64,000 nt of DNA from Raillietiella orientalis (lineage: Eukaryota): NCBI GenBank assembly GCA_036172245.1, contig JAYWIR010000025.1, positions 1,240,001-1,304,000 of the forward strand, read 5' to 3'. Shown piece by piece: positions 1-14,300 of the stretch (position 1 is its first letter; each line of letters begins with the position of its first letter). Under the pieces are notes generated by a model. The model was given only the letters and a program-made list of their open reading frames with translations, searched no databases and was not told the DNA's origin. The position numbers and the translations under genes are program-made.

Positions 1-3000
1 CGTCCTGGATTCCGTGGTGACACTTCCCGTTTCAGCGCCCGCGTTACCTGTTTGGGAGCGCGCGGGCAATCCATTTACAGCGGGCAACTGGAAAGCACGC
101 CCTCGTCTTCGTCTTTCGCGAAACTTAGCTGGATGGTAGACATCTCGAACCTCTCTATCGCGCGTGAGAGCAAAGGGATGGCAGCTTCCCCCCCCCCCCT
201 CTCAAATGCAGATTCCGTCTCCCCTCTTTCCCAGCATGCGCTGTCCGTCGTGATCCCTTGTAGCAATCAGAGATTTTTCATAGATGAAAACGCGACTTTT
301 TTTTCATTTTTTTTAGCGGAGCAGATTCTTCCTGCCAGCTGCACGGGAATAGGAAGGATCCCAACTGTTCGTGGGGATCCTCCTACGGACGCAGGTACTT
401 TCGAAGAAGCCATCTCGGGAGCGGAGACGGAAGCGAATCAACCCGCGTGGAATGAGGTTTTCACCCGCCCGCCCTCCTTCCCTCAGCTGCTCGTAAACAG
501 CTGGGCCGATGTGCCCAGCTGAAGGCGAAGCGGGCGGGCATGGCTGCGCCTTCGCAATGCTCTCAGCAACATCTCGACCTTACGATCCCTTCGACGATGG
601 AAGTTTCCTCGGAACCAAGGAAGGGATCGAGTGGTTTCACGCTCGGGGTGCTTGTCGGTGCGTAGGATTTTCCTCTATGCCACCCACGGCTCGACGCTCG
701 ACGTTCCGAAAGAAACTTCAAACACGGCGGGAATTTACGGGTTGTTGTTGTGACGTTGCGACCTATCCTTGAGGAACGAATGTGTCGTGGGTCCGTCGTG
801 AAAAGCGTCCCAGAGCTCGTGAGTTTTGCTGAGAGTGGGGAGAAAAAAAAATCCCTTGCCGGCTTTCCCTCACCATCCTTGCTCCATCACTACGTTACCT
901 GAAGTTGCACGATCATGAACGATAATTGGAAGTGCAGTTTTTCTCGAGCAGGAGGTTTGCATCTTTGCAAAAGACGGGTGGAAGATTCCTGCGCGTTCCC
1001 CTGGGGGCCGCGCAGAGCCCCTCCACGCCAAGCTGCACCGCATTTAGGAAAGACAGCAGCACTCGGCGAGTTTGAGCCAAATGGATGCGCTCTCGAGCGT
1101 TGAGAGGGAGAGCTTCAGAGAGGAATTATCTGCATCTGGTGACGACAGTTATCTGCGAAAATCAAACACCATCTCCAGGAGAGTCGCATTGCCGACGTAT
1201 CTCTGTCGAAGTGCTTTCAAGTGGGCTCATGGATGAGCTCAAATGAGCGCTTGTTTTCACAGAGCTCTTGTTTCTGCAGCTCTTTACACAAAAGATTTCA
1301 GGCGCATGCTGTGGTAGAGTGATGCTCAAGGTGGGATGCCGCGCCTGAAGAAGAGTAGCGGTGACGCAATCGCCTTTTGGAATGTCGCCGAAATCGATTC
1401 TTTTCCAAAGTTCATCCGTCTCTCCAGCAGTTCGTTTTTCCCAGGAAAGCAAGGATTCGCTCACCATCCGTGTGGGGAAAGCAAGATGCAGTTGCTGAGG
1501 CGCACGTCGTAGCGAGACGATCAATCACGGCACTGTTATATGCTTTAGGAGCAGCCCATGTTGAATGCGAAGTGCGGATTGAAGCGCGGTTTTTGCTGTG
1601 TTGGGTTTGGGGCAGGTCTTCTTGCAACCTTTGCAGCCCAGTTTCAGCGGCAAACCTGACAGACTGTTGAGATGGACGTTCAGACGCAGGAGGAAGAGGA
1701 CAAACTCGCACGTGAGATGCAGATCAGCGAAGCGCGCTGGCGGGTTTTCTGCTCAGCCTGGAGTGGTGGTTCGAAATCGGGATGGGCGAAGAGAATCCTC
1801 CAGATTCGACCGGATGAACGTCCCTCAGGAAGGAGCAAGGGTTTTCTCTCTCGTACACTTTATGTATTTGTATCCAACGAGTTTAGCACATCACTGGTAT
1901 CGTTCCATGTAGTCCTGCGCATGCTCTTCGGGATGCAGCTACCTTTACCCGGAACTGTCTGATGCGCACCGTGTTGAAAAACGATACTAAATACGAAACA
2001 GAGCTGCCTGTTCCTGAATCATTCGATCAAATTTCAATTTATGTAGCGGATACATGGAGATTAAAAGCTGCAAAGTAGCTCGCAATCGGTCGAATATTGA
2101 TCATTCGTTTCTAATTCTGCGCCAGCAGTGCCGCAGCGAGAAGTTTCGTAATAAAAATCTTCGAAGCGTGAGCGCAAGACTTCGGAAGTTGTTACGGTTG
2201 TGCATGGGGAGGGGGGAAGGGGGGTAGGTAGAAACGTAAGGTCAGTTAGTTAGTTTAGGGAGGGCGGACTAAGTTAGGGTGGAAATCGTCTCTGTGCATT
2301 ACGTCAGGTCCCTTAGCAGACAGCTATGCATTCAAAGGTCACTTCCGGGGATCAGTGTCTGTGAACAGTTCGTCGACGAGTTAGAAACGGCAAGAGAATT
2401 TGGGTACCTTAAGAATTTTGAAGTAATCAGAAGGGGAGAATTTCCATGGGATATAAATTTTCGATACGGAAACACTTGTTGAGATGCAAGAAAGCGCTCG
2501 AGATTAAGACAGACAGACAGTGATGATTAAATTAGATGGAAGTAGAGGGATGCGGACAGGAAATACATGGATCCGCAGACAGAAGCTTTTCAATTTTCCC
2601 GAAAATTCGTTCTTAATGCATCATAGGTCTCTGCTTCAGTGCTACACCAAATTGAATACTGGAAATCTTATTTCCGGTAGCTACCTACTGCTCTGCTGAT
2701 TTCAGGACGTTGTAAGACATCAAACGAGGGATGTAGTGATGGAGACAGAGTTTCTTTTACGGTTCCGCAGCAGAAGTTCAGCTGTGAAAGAGATTCAGTT
2801 TCTTTTCAAGTTGGGAATCGGAGAGAATCCTCAATAACTGAGTTGTCCGATTTCTATGCCCTTACTGTCACCTCGTTTCTCATTCATGCTGTCGGCTGAA
2901 GATCGTGCTCGCTTCCCATGCTAAGCACTGTGTTGCCCTTCTCAAGAAGTTCACCAAATTCACCCACCGAACGTCTTCGTAGTGATCACTTTTGCTACTA

Positions 3001-3017
3001 ATGCTCAGGAAAGAGAA

Positions 3018-3038
3018 GTGTGTGTGTGTGTGTGTGTG
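3018..3038. repeat. (GT)n microsatellite
   Basis: Run of GT dinucleotides seen directly. Confidence 0.9.
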
Positions 3039-4299
3039 TTTTTGGCTTTATCTCCTAGAGGTCTTTTGCATCTGTTGCAAACGTACCATGCAGAAACTTT
3101 AGATCAGCTGTGATTGTATTTATCTGTACCGTACTCAGATCATATTATTTGCAGTCATTCTACATTCAGCATGTGCTTCCTTTGTACTTGGATTCTCCTT
3201 GAGAAACTTTTCCCGCTCCCACGGAGAAAAACTTGTTCGGATTTACGGGAATGCTGATTGGTCATCCATCCAGATATAAATATTGACAGAAACGTTCGAC
3301 CGGAATCCCAAAACATTAATCCAGCTATGAACAAACTTGACCTTTGAGGGTAAATTGCACGTGTGAAAATCTTGAACCTCTTCCTTTGCGCAAACTGCAT
3401 TTTAAGCGCTTCATTTTGCTTCTGTGGACCTTTTTTCCTTTTGATCTGATACTCCCAAACTGAACTATAAGCTTCCATTTTTGTGAATGCTCTGCCGGTG
3501 GAAGTGGGATTTCGTGTATGTTTCAAGCATGAGATGGCCTTTTACAGCCGATTAAGATTTCGATTCACGTGGAAGAAAGTCTGCGTACTTTCCCCAGTGC
3601 TGTTGCTGTTCCTCTTAGTTTCGACAGAGATCGGCGCCCGTATGAACAACTTTTTCTGCAAGACATTCCGCACTCGCGATGGTCCTTATTAAATGTCCAC
3701 GTGAATACCATTATTATTTGTACCTTCGTCTTCATTTCGATTCCCTTCAACAGAGGACATCCACTGATACATTTGCATTCAAGAGTAGCAGCTGTGGGAG
3801 TCCGAAAGGAAAATACATACAGGAGGAAGTACACATGTGTAAAAAGATCCGATAATACTGAACTGGACATCAACCGGACTCTTTTTTCCAAAGAACTTCG
3901 CCTGCGACCTGGGAAAATTGACAAAGGCTGACTTTCAGTTTGACTCCATCCGCAAAGTGTAAGACGAAGCAAGAATCGACCGTGAATAAGACTGTTGAGT
4001 GATGGCACAAAGGCAGATCTACAAGAGCGCGTGATGATTATCTGTTTTCTCGTTCTTCTTCTTCTTCTTCAGGAGAAGATGGCATTGGAACACGGAAGAT
4101 GGATTCCGGAATGTATCACCAGCAGTTCCACAAGCAACTCCATACACGAGGTTGTTTTAGAAACAGGTGCACAGAATTGATGGGATCGAAATTTATTTTT
4201 ACTTGGCACCACCGAAACCAAGGTTCTCTGGCTTGCGAAAAAACTTCCAAGCATCACACGGTTTTCCTCTTAGAATGCTTCTTAGACTTGATTGTTGGA

Positions 4300-5000
4300 A
4301 TCTTGCATTGTACACCCTGTCGTATAATGAGATAAGTTATAGCTCTTTCTGGTGCGTGGATGCGGCAGCGTTCCTGCAGCATCCACGCATTTCTGATCAT
4401 CCATGCCCTCTTCTCCGTTCCTGCCGTCAGCAGAGGTCCCTTGTTGACTTAAGGCATCTCTCGAGTTCAAGGACGCTCGAGCCTGGGGTTACCCCTGCGG
4501 TGCCGTTTCCTGGCCCAATGCTGCCTTCGTCTCGGGAGACGAAGACGTTGCCAGGTATACCTCCGTCTCAAAAGGAGGTTCCTCCTTTTGAAACGGGGGA
4601 AGGGGAGTGTTGCCGTTGTTCTTTGCTTTTCCGTCCTTCCTGAGCAAGCAGGTACCACCCGGAGGGCTTCGTGGGAAAGCGCCGCATCTCCTTTCTTCCG
4701 AGCACCCTCTCCGTACCGGAGGGGATGCACCGGTGAATGCAGATCATCAACTGCAAACACACGGTTTGATCACTGGAAAAGTGATCAAACCGAAAAGTGT
4801 CCTTGAGATGGAGCATCTGTGAATACTCAAAGAATGCCCAGCACTGGTTTCCGTGTTTGGAGTACGAAATCCCCTCCGAGATGATGCACGCCTTTCCCCG
4901 GAACGTGGTTACCTGTTCTGCCCAAGCGATCTCTTCAAGTTCTCTCCGCTTTGCGCGGAATGCATCCTGCGTTGATACCAAAATCCATGCATTCCCGAAA
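4300..5000 (-). mobile_element. Degenerate R2-like non-LTR retrotransposon 3' region (post-RT, zinc knuckle and RLE relic)
   Basis: Across shifted minus frames: 'RRELEEIAWAEQ..RGKA...ISYSKHGNQCW', 'LQL', 'LSHEALRVVP', 'GGIPGNVF...VT', 'MRGCCR'. These follow the order of the R2 C-terminal motifs (W..QG.G..N.W, SH.L..CP, PDLVF, ARGxW). Heavily decayed. Confidence 0.4.
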
Positions 5001-5679
5001 AGACGTACTGAAGTTCCCCTCTTGGATTAGGAAGGGAGGAAGAGAGAAGGAGGAGGTGGGAGGGAGGGTTGCCGGAAAAGATTTCCTTGCTCAGCTTCTC
5101 AACGAGCCAGCACACACAAAGAAGAGAGGTGCTCAGAACTTTTCAAAAGGCGATCTGTGGAACGCAGCATCCGAAAAAGCAATCCGGTTCCTGCTTGAAA
5201 GAGGACGCGTTCTTTGGGAAGAAGGGGTGGACAGGAGCCGCTCTAGGGAAGGTGAATAGCGTAATTTCCTGTTTTCGTCGTCGCTCCTTGCCAGGCGGGA
5301 AGAAAGAAAGCCGGTGGAGGAGGTGAATCTTCGCCTGGCGTTCGGTCTCGTACCTGCAATAAGTCAGAGCGCCCCGCAGGAATTTCAGAATCCACTCCGG
5401 AGGATCGTTCATCTGCTCGTTCTGCTGAGCCGTGACGTGCTGTCATCCCGGTCATCATCGCATCATGGAATGGCGAGAGCAGGACTGGTGCGTTCACGAT
5501 CGAAATTTCGGACGGAGCGTCACCTCAGTGTACCTTCGGAAGCCGAAAGTTGCAATTAATAAGAATGAGAACAGAATCTCGGCTATGCGGATGCGGGGGA
5601 ACTGAAGAGAAAAGAAGAACAAAAAAAAAAGGGGGGAAGAAACAAAGGAAAATCAACCTGTCATGGTAATCCTTAGTCA

Positions 5680-6030
5680 CGATGACCCCGTGAGTCAGCA
5701 TGATTGCGATTGTCGCGCATACGAGATCTCAACAACATGCGGACAGGACAGAATACAAATGACCCGAAGAAGCAAACACCCTCTGCCGAAGGAAGGTCCA
5801 AACCGCATCCGGTGATAGGAGGAATCGATTCGACCTTCCCTCGTCTTCGAGATGAGCTGAAACGGACGCTCGAAACGCCGGAGCGGGACATCCAGGCGCG
5901 TCGAGTGCGAAGACACCGGCACGGCCTGAGCTAGAACGGGGCCTTGCGAAAGCGGCGCGGCCCGCCTCGACTCCACGAAATCGGGATCCATGGAAGAGAC
6001 CCGTCGGTGCCGATGCGCGCTCCGATAAGA
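5680..6030 (-). mobile_element. Tentative divergent copy of family X (central ORF part)
   Basis: 'GPVLAQAV..S' then 'VSSVR..SRRRGK' then 'GVCFFGSFVFCPVR' parallels 'GNVLKDC..S', 'LSALR..NRRGK', 'GCFGGVNCLVCPLR' at 57340-57595. Confidence 0.3.
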
Positions 6031-7780
6031 ATAAGAAAGGAGCCTGAAAAAAGAAAGAAAAAAAGAGAGAGAGAGAGGAGGAAAGTAAAAGAGAAAAACG
6101 GCGTCAGGAAGCACTCTGGATTCCGCTCAGAACGGGAGTGCAGGTAAACCAAAATTCGTATTGACAGGCGAACGGCTAGACTGAAGGGAAAAAATCGATT
6201 GAAGGGAGGCTGGTGACGCTTGTGGTGCGAAAGCCAGGAGTCACGGGAGGCAGGCTGAGTATGAAAGATCTTTACGAAGAAACAGATGATTGCATTCCGC
6301 CACCACGCGTCTCACGCCCAAAAAAGCTTCTCGGCGGGCGTCTTTGAACTAAGAGTCGTGCGAAGATTCGAGAGCTCTGCAGCTCGGGAAAAGTCGACTC
6401 CAGAGACGTTTTGACGGCTCAAGAACGAGAGGCAGGGCCGAATTCCCTCCCGTCTTGCAGGTAGGTTCCTTTTGCTGAAGGTAAGCTAAAAAGAACTTGC
6501 GTGCAGCACAGATCTGCGTATCGGATGAGGACTGCGTCGGCTTCGTTGCTGGTTCTTCCGCTTCTGCGGAGGTTTTCAATCGTTCAATCCATTTGCAGGG
6601 CCGAGCCTGAGATGGGTATAGAAGACCAAATAGAGCTATCGGAAAAGCCGCGGGCGACATGAGTGCTTCTCCCGCAGCAAAATAAAACATCCTTTGACCG
6701 AAATGATGAGAGGCAGATAACATCAGTTGTATTTATTGACACCTTCAGTTGATCTTGTTGTGGTGGTTTTTGTGAATTACTCTAAGCCTGAAGAAGAGCC
6801 AAGCACAGTTGAATATTGGAGCTCCAGGCAGCCGCGTTTAGCTGAGGATGGGGGCACCTACTGACACGTTTTTTTACCACAGAAGAAACTTGCAGCTGCG
6901 GTTACGACTACCACTAACAAGTTGCCGTCACGCGTGAAAGATACATGCCGGCAACTTTGCAAAACTGGTTGCGACGAAATCGCAAGGAAGATCTCTGTAC
7001 CTCAGAGATGAGGGAAGCGGATGTGCTGATCAGAAGGAATTAGGATTCGCGTTCTCATCCCAATCTCTCAACAGTATTGCTACTGTGCTGATGATGAGTA
7101 TTTGTAGCGAAGTATTAGGGCAGCGAAACTTCTCGTAATCCGTATGTTCAAGTTGGCTTCGTAGTCAGGCCGCTCCTCTCTGAGCAGAATCTTCATCATT
7201 CGTACATCTGAAAGCATCCCTTTTTGAACCGTGGATATGATTGTGGGTGAATGAGAAAATCGAAGGAAATCATCCTATTCGGAAACACATGGATCTGCTT
7301 ATTCGCTCCCTTCTGATGAGACTCTAATCCTTAGAAATTCCCTCAATGTAACCTTCAGGAGATTCTGAAGACAGTACACTATGCTTGCCGCTATTTAACT
7401 CTTCATTTCTGGAGTCTTCTTTGACGGTGCGCATGCTAAAACTGGAACCTCTTCACTCCTCTCAGATTCTCTTCTCACTCATCTTCGATTCACCCAACCG
7501 CATTGCCTGCGGCTGTGGTATAGGACTTGAGGCTGCAACGAAAGTTTTCCGTCTCACAGAGAGATTGTCAACCGTATCTGGATATAGGGATGCCACGATC
7601 AACTCAAGCAGCACTCAAGCGCTGCATTCTACGAAGGAGCTGCAGAGCGTCAAGAGTGTTCCTCAAAAAAGCTGCCGAGGTTCCATTGCGAGTTGTGCTC
7701 ATGATCCACGCCATACTTACATACTGGAGGAACTGTGATTGTCTTTTAGCCACTGAGATGTGCTTGCGGTGTTTTGCGGA

Positions 7781-7855
7781 GGACCTTAGCCACACAGTAT
7801 GGTTACTGCTGCCGCTCGCGGCACCAAGAGTCGTGAGCTCGAATCCTCCCATGAA
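7781..7855 (+). promoter_or_regulatory. tRNA-like head (degenerate A/B box) of family X copy A
   Basis: tagccacacagtatggtta (A-box-like) followed by gagtcgtgagctcgaatcct (B-box/T-arm-like). Same position as the clearer tRNA-like head of copy C. Confidence 0.35.
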
Positions 7856-10189
7856 GGATCGAAGCCGAGAACAGGGAGTTCATCGTGGGTTTCCATCCCC
7901 CCCACAGAATGGCGCTGGCTGGTCTATTCGCGTGAGGCACTGGTGGAAGCTGAATGGCCCTGCTGACTGGCCGGGATTGGAAGTCGACCTTCCCGAGTCC
8001 TTACAGGACATCAAGGAGCCCTTCGGAGCTCCCCGCCGATTGTGGGAGTAGAGCCATCCTCCCTTCCTGGGGAGGGACCCTCCATTTCGCGCCATGGAGC
8101 TTCTCCAGGGTGTGAAGAAGCCGGCTGCTCCTTTAGGAAAATGATCCTTCAGAAAAAATTCGGATGCTTTCCTTCGAGGTTGTTGGAGGAAACAGAGAGC
8201 GAGTGAAACGGAGAAGAAACGAAGAGTGACTCCGTCCTGGGGGCTCCTGCGGAGAGATCAAGGAAGAAGTGGTTCCCGGCGGAAGTTCCCTCCGAAGGTT
8301 AAGAGCAACGAATTCCTTCCTCCGGAGCTTTCCTGGATTATGGGGCGGTCCCCTCCCGGGGTGCCCTCAACTCTCGAAGAGTTGGGTCCACCCTTAGGTG
8401 GAATGGACAGAGTCAAAGAGCTTCGCGAGTTCCTCCTGAGGAGGTGAAAAGCTCTTCAGCACTCCTTGCGAACCAAAAGGAAAAAAAAAGCTTGGAGGAA
8501 AACAAAGAAAGCGGAAGAACTCCAAAGGATTTTCATTACCAAGAGAGACAGAGAGAGAGAAAAAAAAAATCTGATGAGACCTTCAGGTACGTTCAGTCCC
8601 GTTCCCTGATGTGAGCAAAGGATGCGAGCAAAAGGAGGAAAAGGGACCTCCAGTGTTTGGCATCGCAAGAGTGCGACGCGTATGATCACCACTTGGAAGC
8701 TTCCCGGGCGGTGAGCGGGCTCGCGGCTGCTCCCGCTGAGAGCTGCGCTCAGTGCACTGCTTCAGGGAAAAGTCTGTTCCCGAGGACGCCGGGATGAATC
8801 ACTGGGTCACGATGCGGGACGCTGAAGCCCGCCGAGAGCCACTCCCGGAAGCAGGGATGAGTCAGTTGTGCCGAGTGGGGATCTCCCGAAAAGGACGACC
8901 ATTCCATCCCCCGAGGTCCGTCGGAGGTGGTGGTCTGAGCCGGGAGAATCTCCCCGCCAACAGCGCATCCCTCGGAGTCTCGGCTTTTCAAAGCGGAACG
9001 ACGAAGCTCCCGCACCGCGGAAGAGAGCGAAAAGTTCCTGAAGTTCCTGATTGCGCTCCGACAGGAATGCTTTGGGATCGATCTCCAGAGGGGAGGACAT
9101 TGCAGGCGAAAATCCGATTCCAGCGGGATGAAATTTCCATTCTAAGATGAAGGTTGACGGGGTAGTTGGATGCTCTGAGAGCTCATCCAGAACCCCTGGT
9201 CTCACCTTCGGACTGCTTCCTCGATTTTTCTCAAGGATGCGACGGCATCCGGGTTCAAGCGAGGTAGGAGAGCTCCGCTGCTGTCCGACTAAACGAATTT
9301 CTGAATTAAGGCTTCGATTTCCCAGATGGGATTACTTTGCAGCATCTCCCGGAATCCTAGAAAAGGCCTGAAAAACCTCGCGATCCGAAGCGAGTTCCCG
9401 GCCTTTGCTGACTTTGAGCTGAAAACCCGCGACACCATAGGACCGGGATCCTATCATCGCACTCGCGCGCATCCCGGCGCCCGGATGCAGAAAGGCGAAG
9501 AACCGCGAAACCTGTCCCAGGTTACTCCTTTTCCGAGAGACGGATGCACCGGGTCGGGACTCTTGAAGAAGGAAGGAAATTGGGATCCCATCCTTATGGA
9601 CATCCCCAGATGGTCTCAAAGCACAGGAAGACAATTTTGGTGATGCGGCGCGGACGGCCGCAGGTGGCAGCACCGCGACTACCTTTCCACGGAGCGCAGC
9701 TTTGGCGGGATGGAAAATCTGCTTTGCAGAAGTTGCGCTGTGGCAGAGGGGGGAGGGGAGCGCACAAGCAACGAACTGAAGAATGCAAGAATGATGGGGA
9801 AGGGTAGAGAGCGCAAGAGGAACCAGGAAGCGAGGGTGCGGGGAGGGACAGGCCGCACGAGAAGAAACCCCGTGGGGTGCGCTTCTCGGAGGGTCAGAAG
9901 GCGCCATCCTCTTGCTCAAGAGTTTTCGCACCGCCAGCTGCAGCCTCCCGCGCATTCCCTCCAAAGCGGAGGTGAAAGGCCGCCTCTTGCGAGTCTATGA
10001 GACCCCGAATCTTGAGGGAGCTCCCACCGCGTGGTCCGGAAATTCACTGACCTTCCCTTCCGGAAGGCCGCGCAGAGCCTCCTCTGATTTTAGAGAAACC
10101 GGAAGCGGGACCGTCCCAGGAAATCGAAGCTGCGCCTGCGGATACACTCACTCGTCTCCCTCTTCCTTTCGCAGGAGGTGAGAGGACAG

Positions 10190-10400
10190 TCGGTCGCCCG
10201 GAGTGTGTGGGGGGAGGCGGCGAGCCGCAGCTGGTTCCCTCGGGCAGCATAAAAGAGTCCCGCACAAGATGAATTCGCCACGCGGTGCTTCCTCAGGTTT
10301 CGTACACAGGAGCCGGACGGCAACGCGGAGCCGCTGCTGCTCGATTACCGCACGCTGCTGGCGGACGGCGATGCGGTGCGCGAGACGAAGGTGAGCCTCG
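10190..10400 (+). mobile_element. Relic C2H2 zinc finger resembling an R2-like ORF N-terminus
   Basis: Frameshifted 'PECVG....SLGQHKRVPH' resembles the R2 N-terminal finger (CxxC...LGxHxRxxH). Confidence 0.3.
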
Positions 10401-12849
10401 CCTGTGCGCCCTCCCACGTGATGATGCTTTTGGACAACGCCGCGTTTCTTCCTCACGTTCCTCGCTCTCAATACTCACGTTCACTCTTCTTCGCAGCAGT
10501 TCTCCTGCGAGGCCGGTTCGCTGCTGCGGAACCAGGAGGAGCAAACGGGATGCAAGTGAGCAGCGCACCCGTCTCCGGTAGCTATGCATTCCGTGCATAG
10601 CGACACCGCCGCATCATGTGTCTTCGTTGCAGACCTCGCCTCAATAAGTTCCTCACGTTCCTCGCCACTAACATCGACCACATCCAGTGGAGCGTCGGCG
10701 GGGAGCTTTCGGCGTGCTGAACACCGAGGCGAGGTTCCCGCCAGCGGTCGGCTGCGGCGGGGCTGACTTCTGGCGCCCTCACGTTCCCACGCGCCCGATT
10801 CTTCTTTCTTCCCTCGTGCATTCTGCCTACTCCTCGTAGCCGAGGACATCAGGAGTGACATTAGTGATCTTCTCAAGCCAGGTGAGGAAGAAGAAAGCGG
10901 GATGAAGAGGAGAGAGTGAGGGGAGAGAGTCAGGCTGCTCTAGCAAGGACCCGACGCGACGCATGACTTCTGAAAAGCACACCCAGTTCACTATTCCAGA
11001 GCGCCTTCCATCCTGGACTGAGGTCAATAAATAGTCCCTCGAGGATGGTGGAACCAGGATTCACGCTGTGTCCAGAAGGACGCAGCGTGAATCCTTTCTG
11101 GCAAGCCCCCTTCCCACAAAATGTCATAATTTCTTGGACTATCGTCTGCGGTTCTTAGAAAAAAATGATTGAAGGAGGATTTCCTGTTTATGGAATCACG
11201 TGAACACTTCAGTGTTTTTATCCTTCATCCCGTTGCAGCAACTGTACTTCAACCCGAGGCTCCTCAGAAAAGGAGATTACGAAAAGACACAGATGGTATT
11301 CCATGACGGAAAGACATGGATGCTCTCAAAGTCTCGGCAAACCTATCAACGAACGTTCCTACTAACCCAGTCCCAACCGTGGATTCCTGCCGCCTAATGA
11401 ACTACAACACTTGGCGGCAGGAGTCTGTTGAGTCCTGGGCTGCATTCCAGGAAATGCGTCATCAAGATCTTTGCCCTCTACGACATCTGTTGCCACGGAC
11501 CTCTGGAAGTGGTGATGCAGGACTCGATGAAGCGGTCAGCCCTGGCCGCCCGATGCCTCGCCGCAGTACTGTCCGCCCTTAGGGCAAGAGACGAGAAGAG
11601 CCTACCAGCGAGGTAAAAGTTTTCCTGCACTGTCGCGGGAAGGATGAAACTCCTCGGCGGCTAGAAGATGGGCGAGTTGGAGGATGCTGCTACTTCGCGT
11701 GCTATTGCGAGACGGGACTCCATCGGTGGATTGAACTCTTGAGTGCAGCCCCCGAAGCACTTGTGGTCCCTTCCCATTGCCTGGACGCTTTTGTGTTCCT
11801 CCTTTCCTGGAAACAAGCCATGCTGCTCTTCCTCCACTAAGGACTCAATGAGCGCCGGCGCTGCGTTTCTGCAGGAGCTGAATTCCCGTACTGTGCCAGG
11901 TATGGGTCAACAGAGTCGACCCCGCCGCACTTGGAACTACGGTGTTCTCTAGGAACTGCGGCGTAGGCAGGCATCAGCTCTCTTGCACCAGGAGGGCACC
12001 GCCCGAGATGCGCCGATTCTTCGAGCCGGGAGGGCTCTCGACCGGCGTGGTGGTCGCAACCATGGGTTGCGCCAGTGCCATCGTCGCGGCCTACCATATG
12101 TTCGGGACGACCACCAAGCAGCGAAGTATGGCAGCCGCCTACACGAGGACGGCTGCGAGGTGGCCTCGTCTGAGGGAAGTGGAGATCGCCGACATCCAAC
12201 GCCAGTTTGAGGATAGCTAGGAACGGCGGATACAGGTGATCCGTGTCCCCTACCTCCCTTTATTTTTTTTTCTTTCTTATTCCCTAGTCCCATTTGCTCT
12301 GTTACTTCCCCGGAGTGAACTTCAAGATCCCTTTCTCATCCCATCGTATTTATTTTATTTTTTTTTGTTGTCCCCACTTCCCTCTCGAGTTCCAAACTTT
12401 TGGTTATCCCGACCTCCGTGTCGATGAACCCTTCCCTTGAACTTCTCCTGTCTTAGGTTGGGGACTGCGTTCCCTAGTGGTTTATTTTTTACAAAAGAAA
12501 CGCCCCAGCGTGACCAGGTAAAAAGCGAACCCACTCCTTCATCAAATTGCAATCTGTTCTTTTGTTCTCATCCGGAAATGAAGAAAAGCTGGCATTCGAG
12601 ATCGTCGAGTCTTGGCCTCTCTCACACATCTGGTACAAGCGCTCCCCAACTCAACTAACAACCATGGAAATAAGTTGGACCCGGAACTACTTTGCATGAA
12701 ATGATAAGTTTGGAGATTCATCAGAGGGTGACGGCAACTTCAGTCTCACGAGTTACCTGAAAGCTCTGGAGGCTCCTGGGACTTTGCGGCGGCAGCCGGA
12801 TCATCTGCAGCATTTCGTGGTGCCTGTGACTTTGGAGCAGTACTCTGAT

Positions 12850-13500
12850 GACTGATCTGACAGCTCGCTGGGGATTCCAAGGAGCAGTTCTTGTCGGAAA
12901 TGCACTCAGAATCGATGCCGGTCGACTCCGATTAGCAGCAGTGAATAGGTTCAAGGGAGAAGATGGAAAATTCCGATCTTTGGGAGATCAGAGCGCTTCA
13001 GATCTTCGGAGATCTAGAAGATCATGGTTTCAGATCGGCTTCCCTCACTTCATAAGTGTTTTTAAAAGCTCTGGAACTTTCCGTTTTCCGTTTGCCCTAG
13101 AGAGCACCTCCATAGATTCCAACAGTAACTGCACCATAGAAAAACGGAAAGAATGTGTTGGTCTCTTCATTGCAATGATTCGCCGTAGCGGATGCAGAGG
13201 TGAACCAGTGCAGAAGTGGTCAGTTGAAGCTCTTTCGAAGAACTAACCTTCAAGTTCAGTGCGTCCTAATGGAGATTCTTTGGAATCAATGGATAGCAGC
13301 ATTGCGAAAGGAGAAAGGAATTCTTTTCTACCAGGACTGATAGCCAGCAGCTGAGAAATGCTCTTCGATTCTCTCACCAGTGCTTTCTATCTCCTCTCGT
13401 GAGTTTCATTCATCGCGCCACATCTACTGATCATGGAAACCATTGGAAATCGTGAATTAGTGGAACCATCCTCGAAATTCCTCTCCTTAATTCTTAAGAG
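12850..13500 (-). mobile_element. Gypsy-like integrase C-terminal relic
   Basis: 'FHDQ..GA.NETHER' resembles YHPQxNGxxER, and downstream 'P*TYSL......VHF.Q.L' resembles the region after the GPY/F motif. Multiple stops. Confidence 0.3.
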
Positions 13501-13779
13501 GCACTGAAAGGGACGCACAGTTATCCCTACGATGCATGCTGCGATTTTCTTATGAGCTGCTTAAAGATTCGTTTCTCTCGTGATCCTCGATAGGCAAAGA
13601 ACCATCTCTGTTAACTCTGTTCTGAAAGGAAATCGCCCTGCTGGAGGAAGTCGCGCTGACACTTGTTCTCTCAAAACGACTGGAAAAAAAGCTTGCGGTT
13701 GTCCTCCTGCAAATGACTCCATTCTCGAAGTAGCAAATTGCTTCAGGAGAGCAGAACACTCTAGTCCGGGAATGGTTAC

Positions 13780-14300
13780 GATCACCGTTGCATCCTTTCA
13801 AGCCTCTTCTAGACACCAGTCCTACCAATGGGACTTCCCTCGCGAGCACCCAGTAGAATCTGTCTTTTTTTGCTCCATAATTTACCAAGCAAAGAAATTA
13901 CAAGAAATTCAGATAAAACTTTAGTGAACAATGGATTTCTTCTTCTGGAACTTTTCCTATTCAGGTTAGAGGATACAAGAAGCTTGCTGTTTCCATTCCA
14001 TGAATATGAACGCCTCTCGTCCCTTCAACCCTTTTGCCTTCAAGGGGCCGACAGGCCGATTGTGCTTACATCTGAAATGCTCGTCCGCAGATGATTTTAG
14101 TCAACTCGAAGAACACCCTGCTGTGGTCATTCGCATCCTGGAAACCTCTTTTTCGCGATCCTTGTTTTCACAATTTCACAATCAAGCACCTTATTTGCAG
14201 CAGTACACTAACGCAGTTATCGCGCTGCTGCAAAAAAAGACGCCGCGTTTTTGCAGAGCGGATTGTACCGTGCTTACCATACAGCAACTCTTCGTCCCCT
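13780..14300 (+). mobile_element. Penelope-like element relic (RT C-terminus to GIY-YIG region)
   Basis: 'YQWDFPREHP..S....IYQA...EIQI.L..NNGF' resembles YLxFxSxHP...RA...E..I...L..NGY, followed by 'GPTGRL....EEH'. Confidence 0.35.

Larger units (their letters stand above)
7781..12430 (+). mobile_element. Family X copy A (longest copy; probably interrupted at ~9650-10800)
   Basis: 7830-8745 aligns with 54080-54960 (e.g. ggcactggtggaa...tgactggccgggat.ggaagt.gac). 11398-11670 aligns with 57241-57505 (MNYNTWRQE vs INWNAWRQE; LSALR..RGKS). 12040-12220 aligns with 58800-58990 (ATM.C..AIV.A.H...RTAARWPRL). A pyrimidine-rich tail follows at 12240-12430. Confidence 0.65.

Noticed and set aside
2245..2280. 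TTAG/TTAGG-like run as an interstitial telomeric repeat
   Set aside because: Too short and degenerate.
7312..7345. CTGATGAG motifs (also ~8571, ~34891, and ~46470 on the minus strand) as hammerhead ribozymes
   Set aside because: None has a stem II closed by GAAA together with stems I/III in hammerhead topology.
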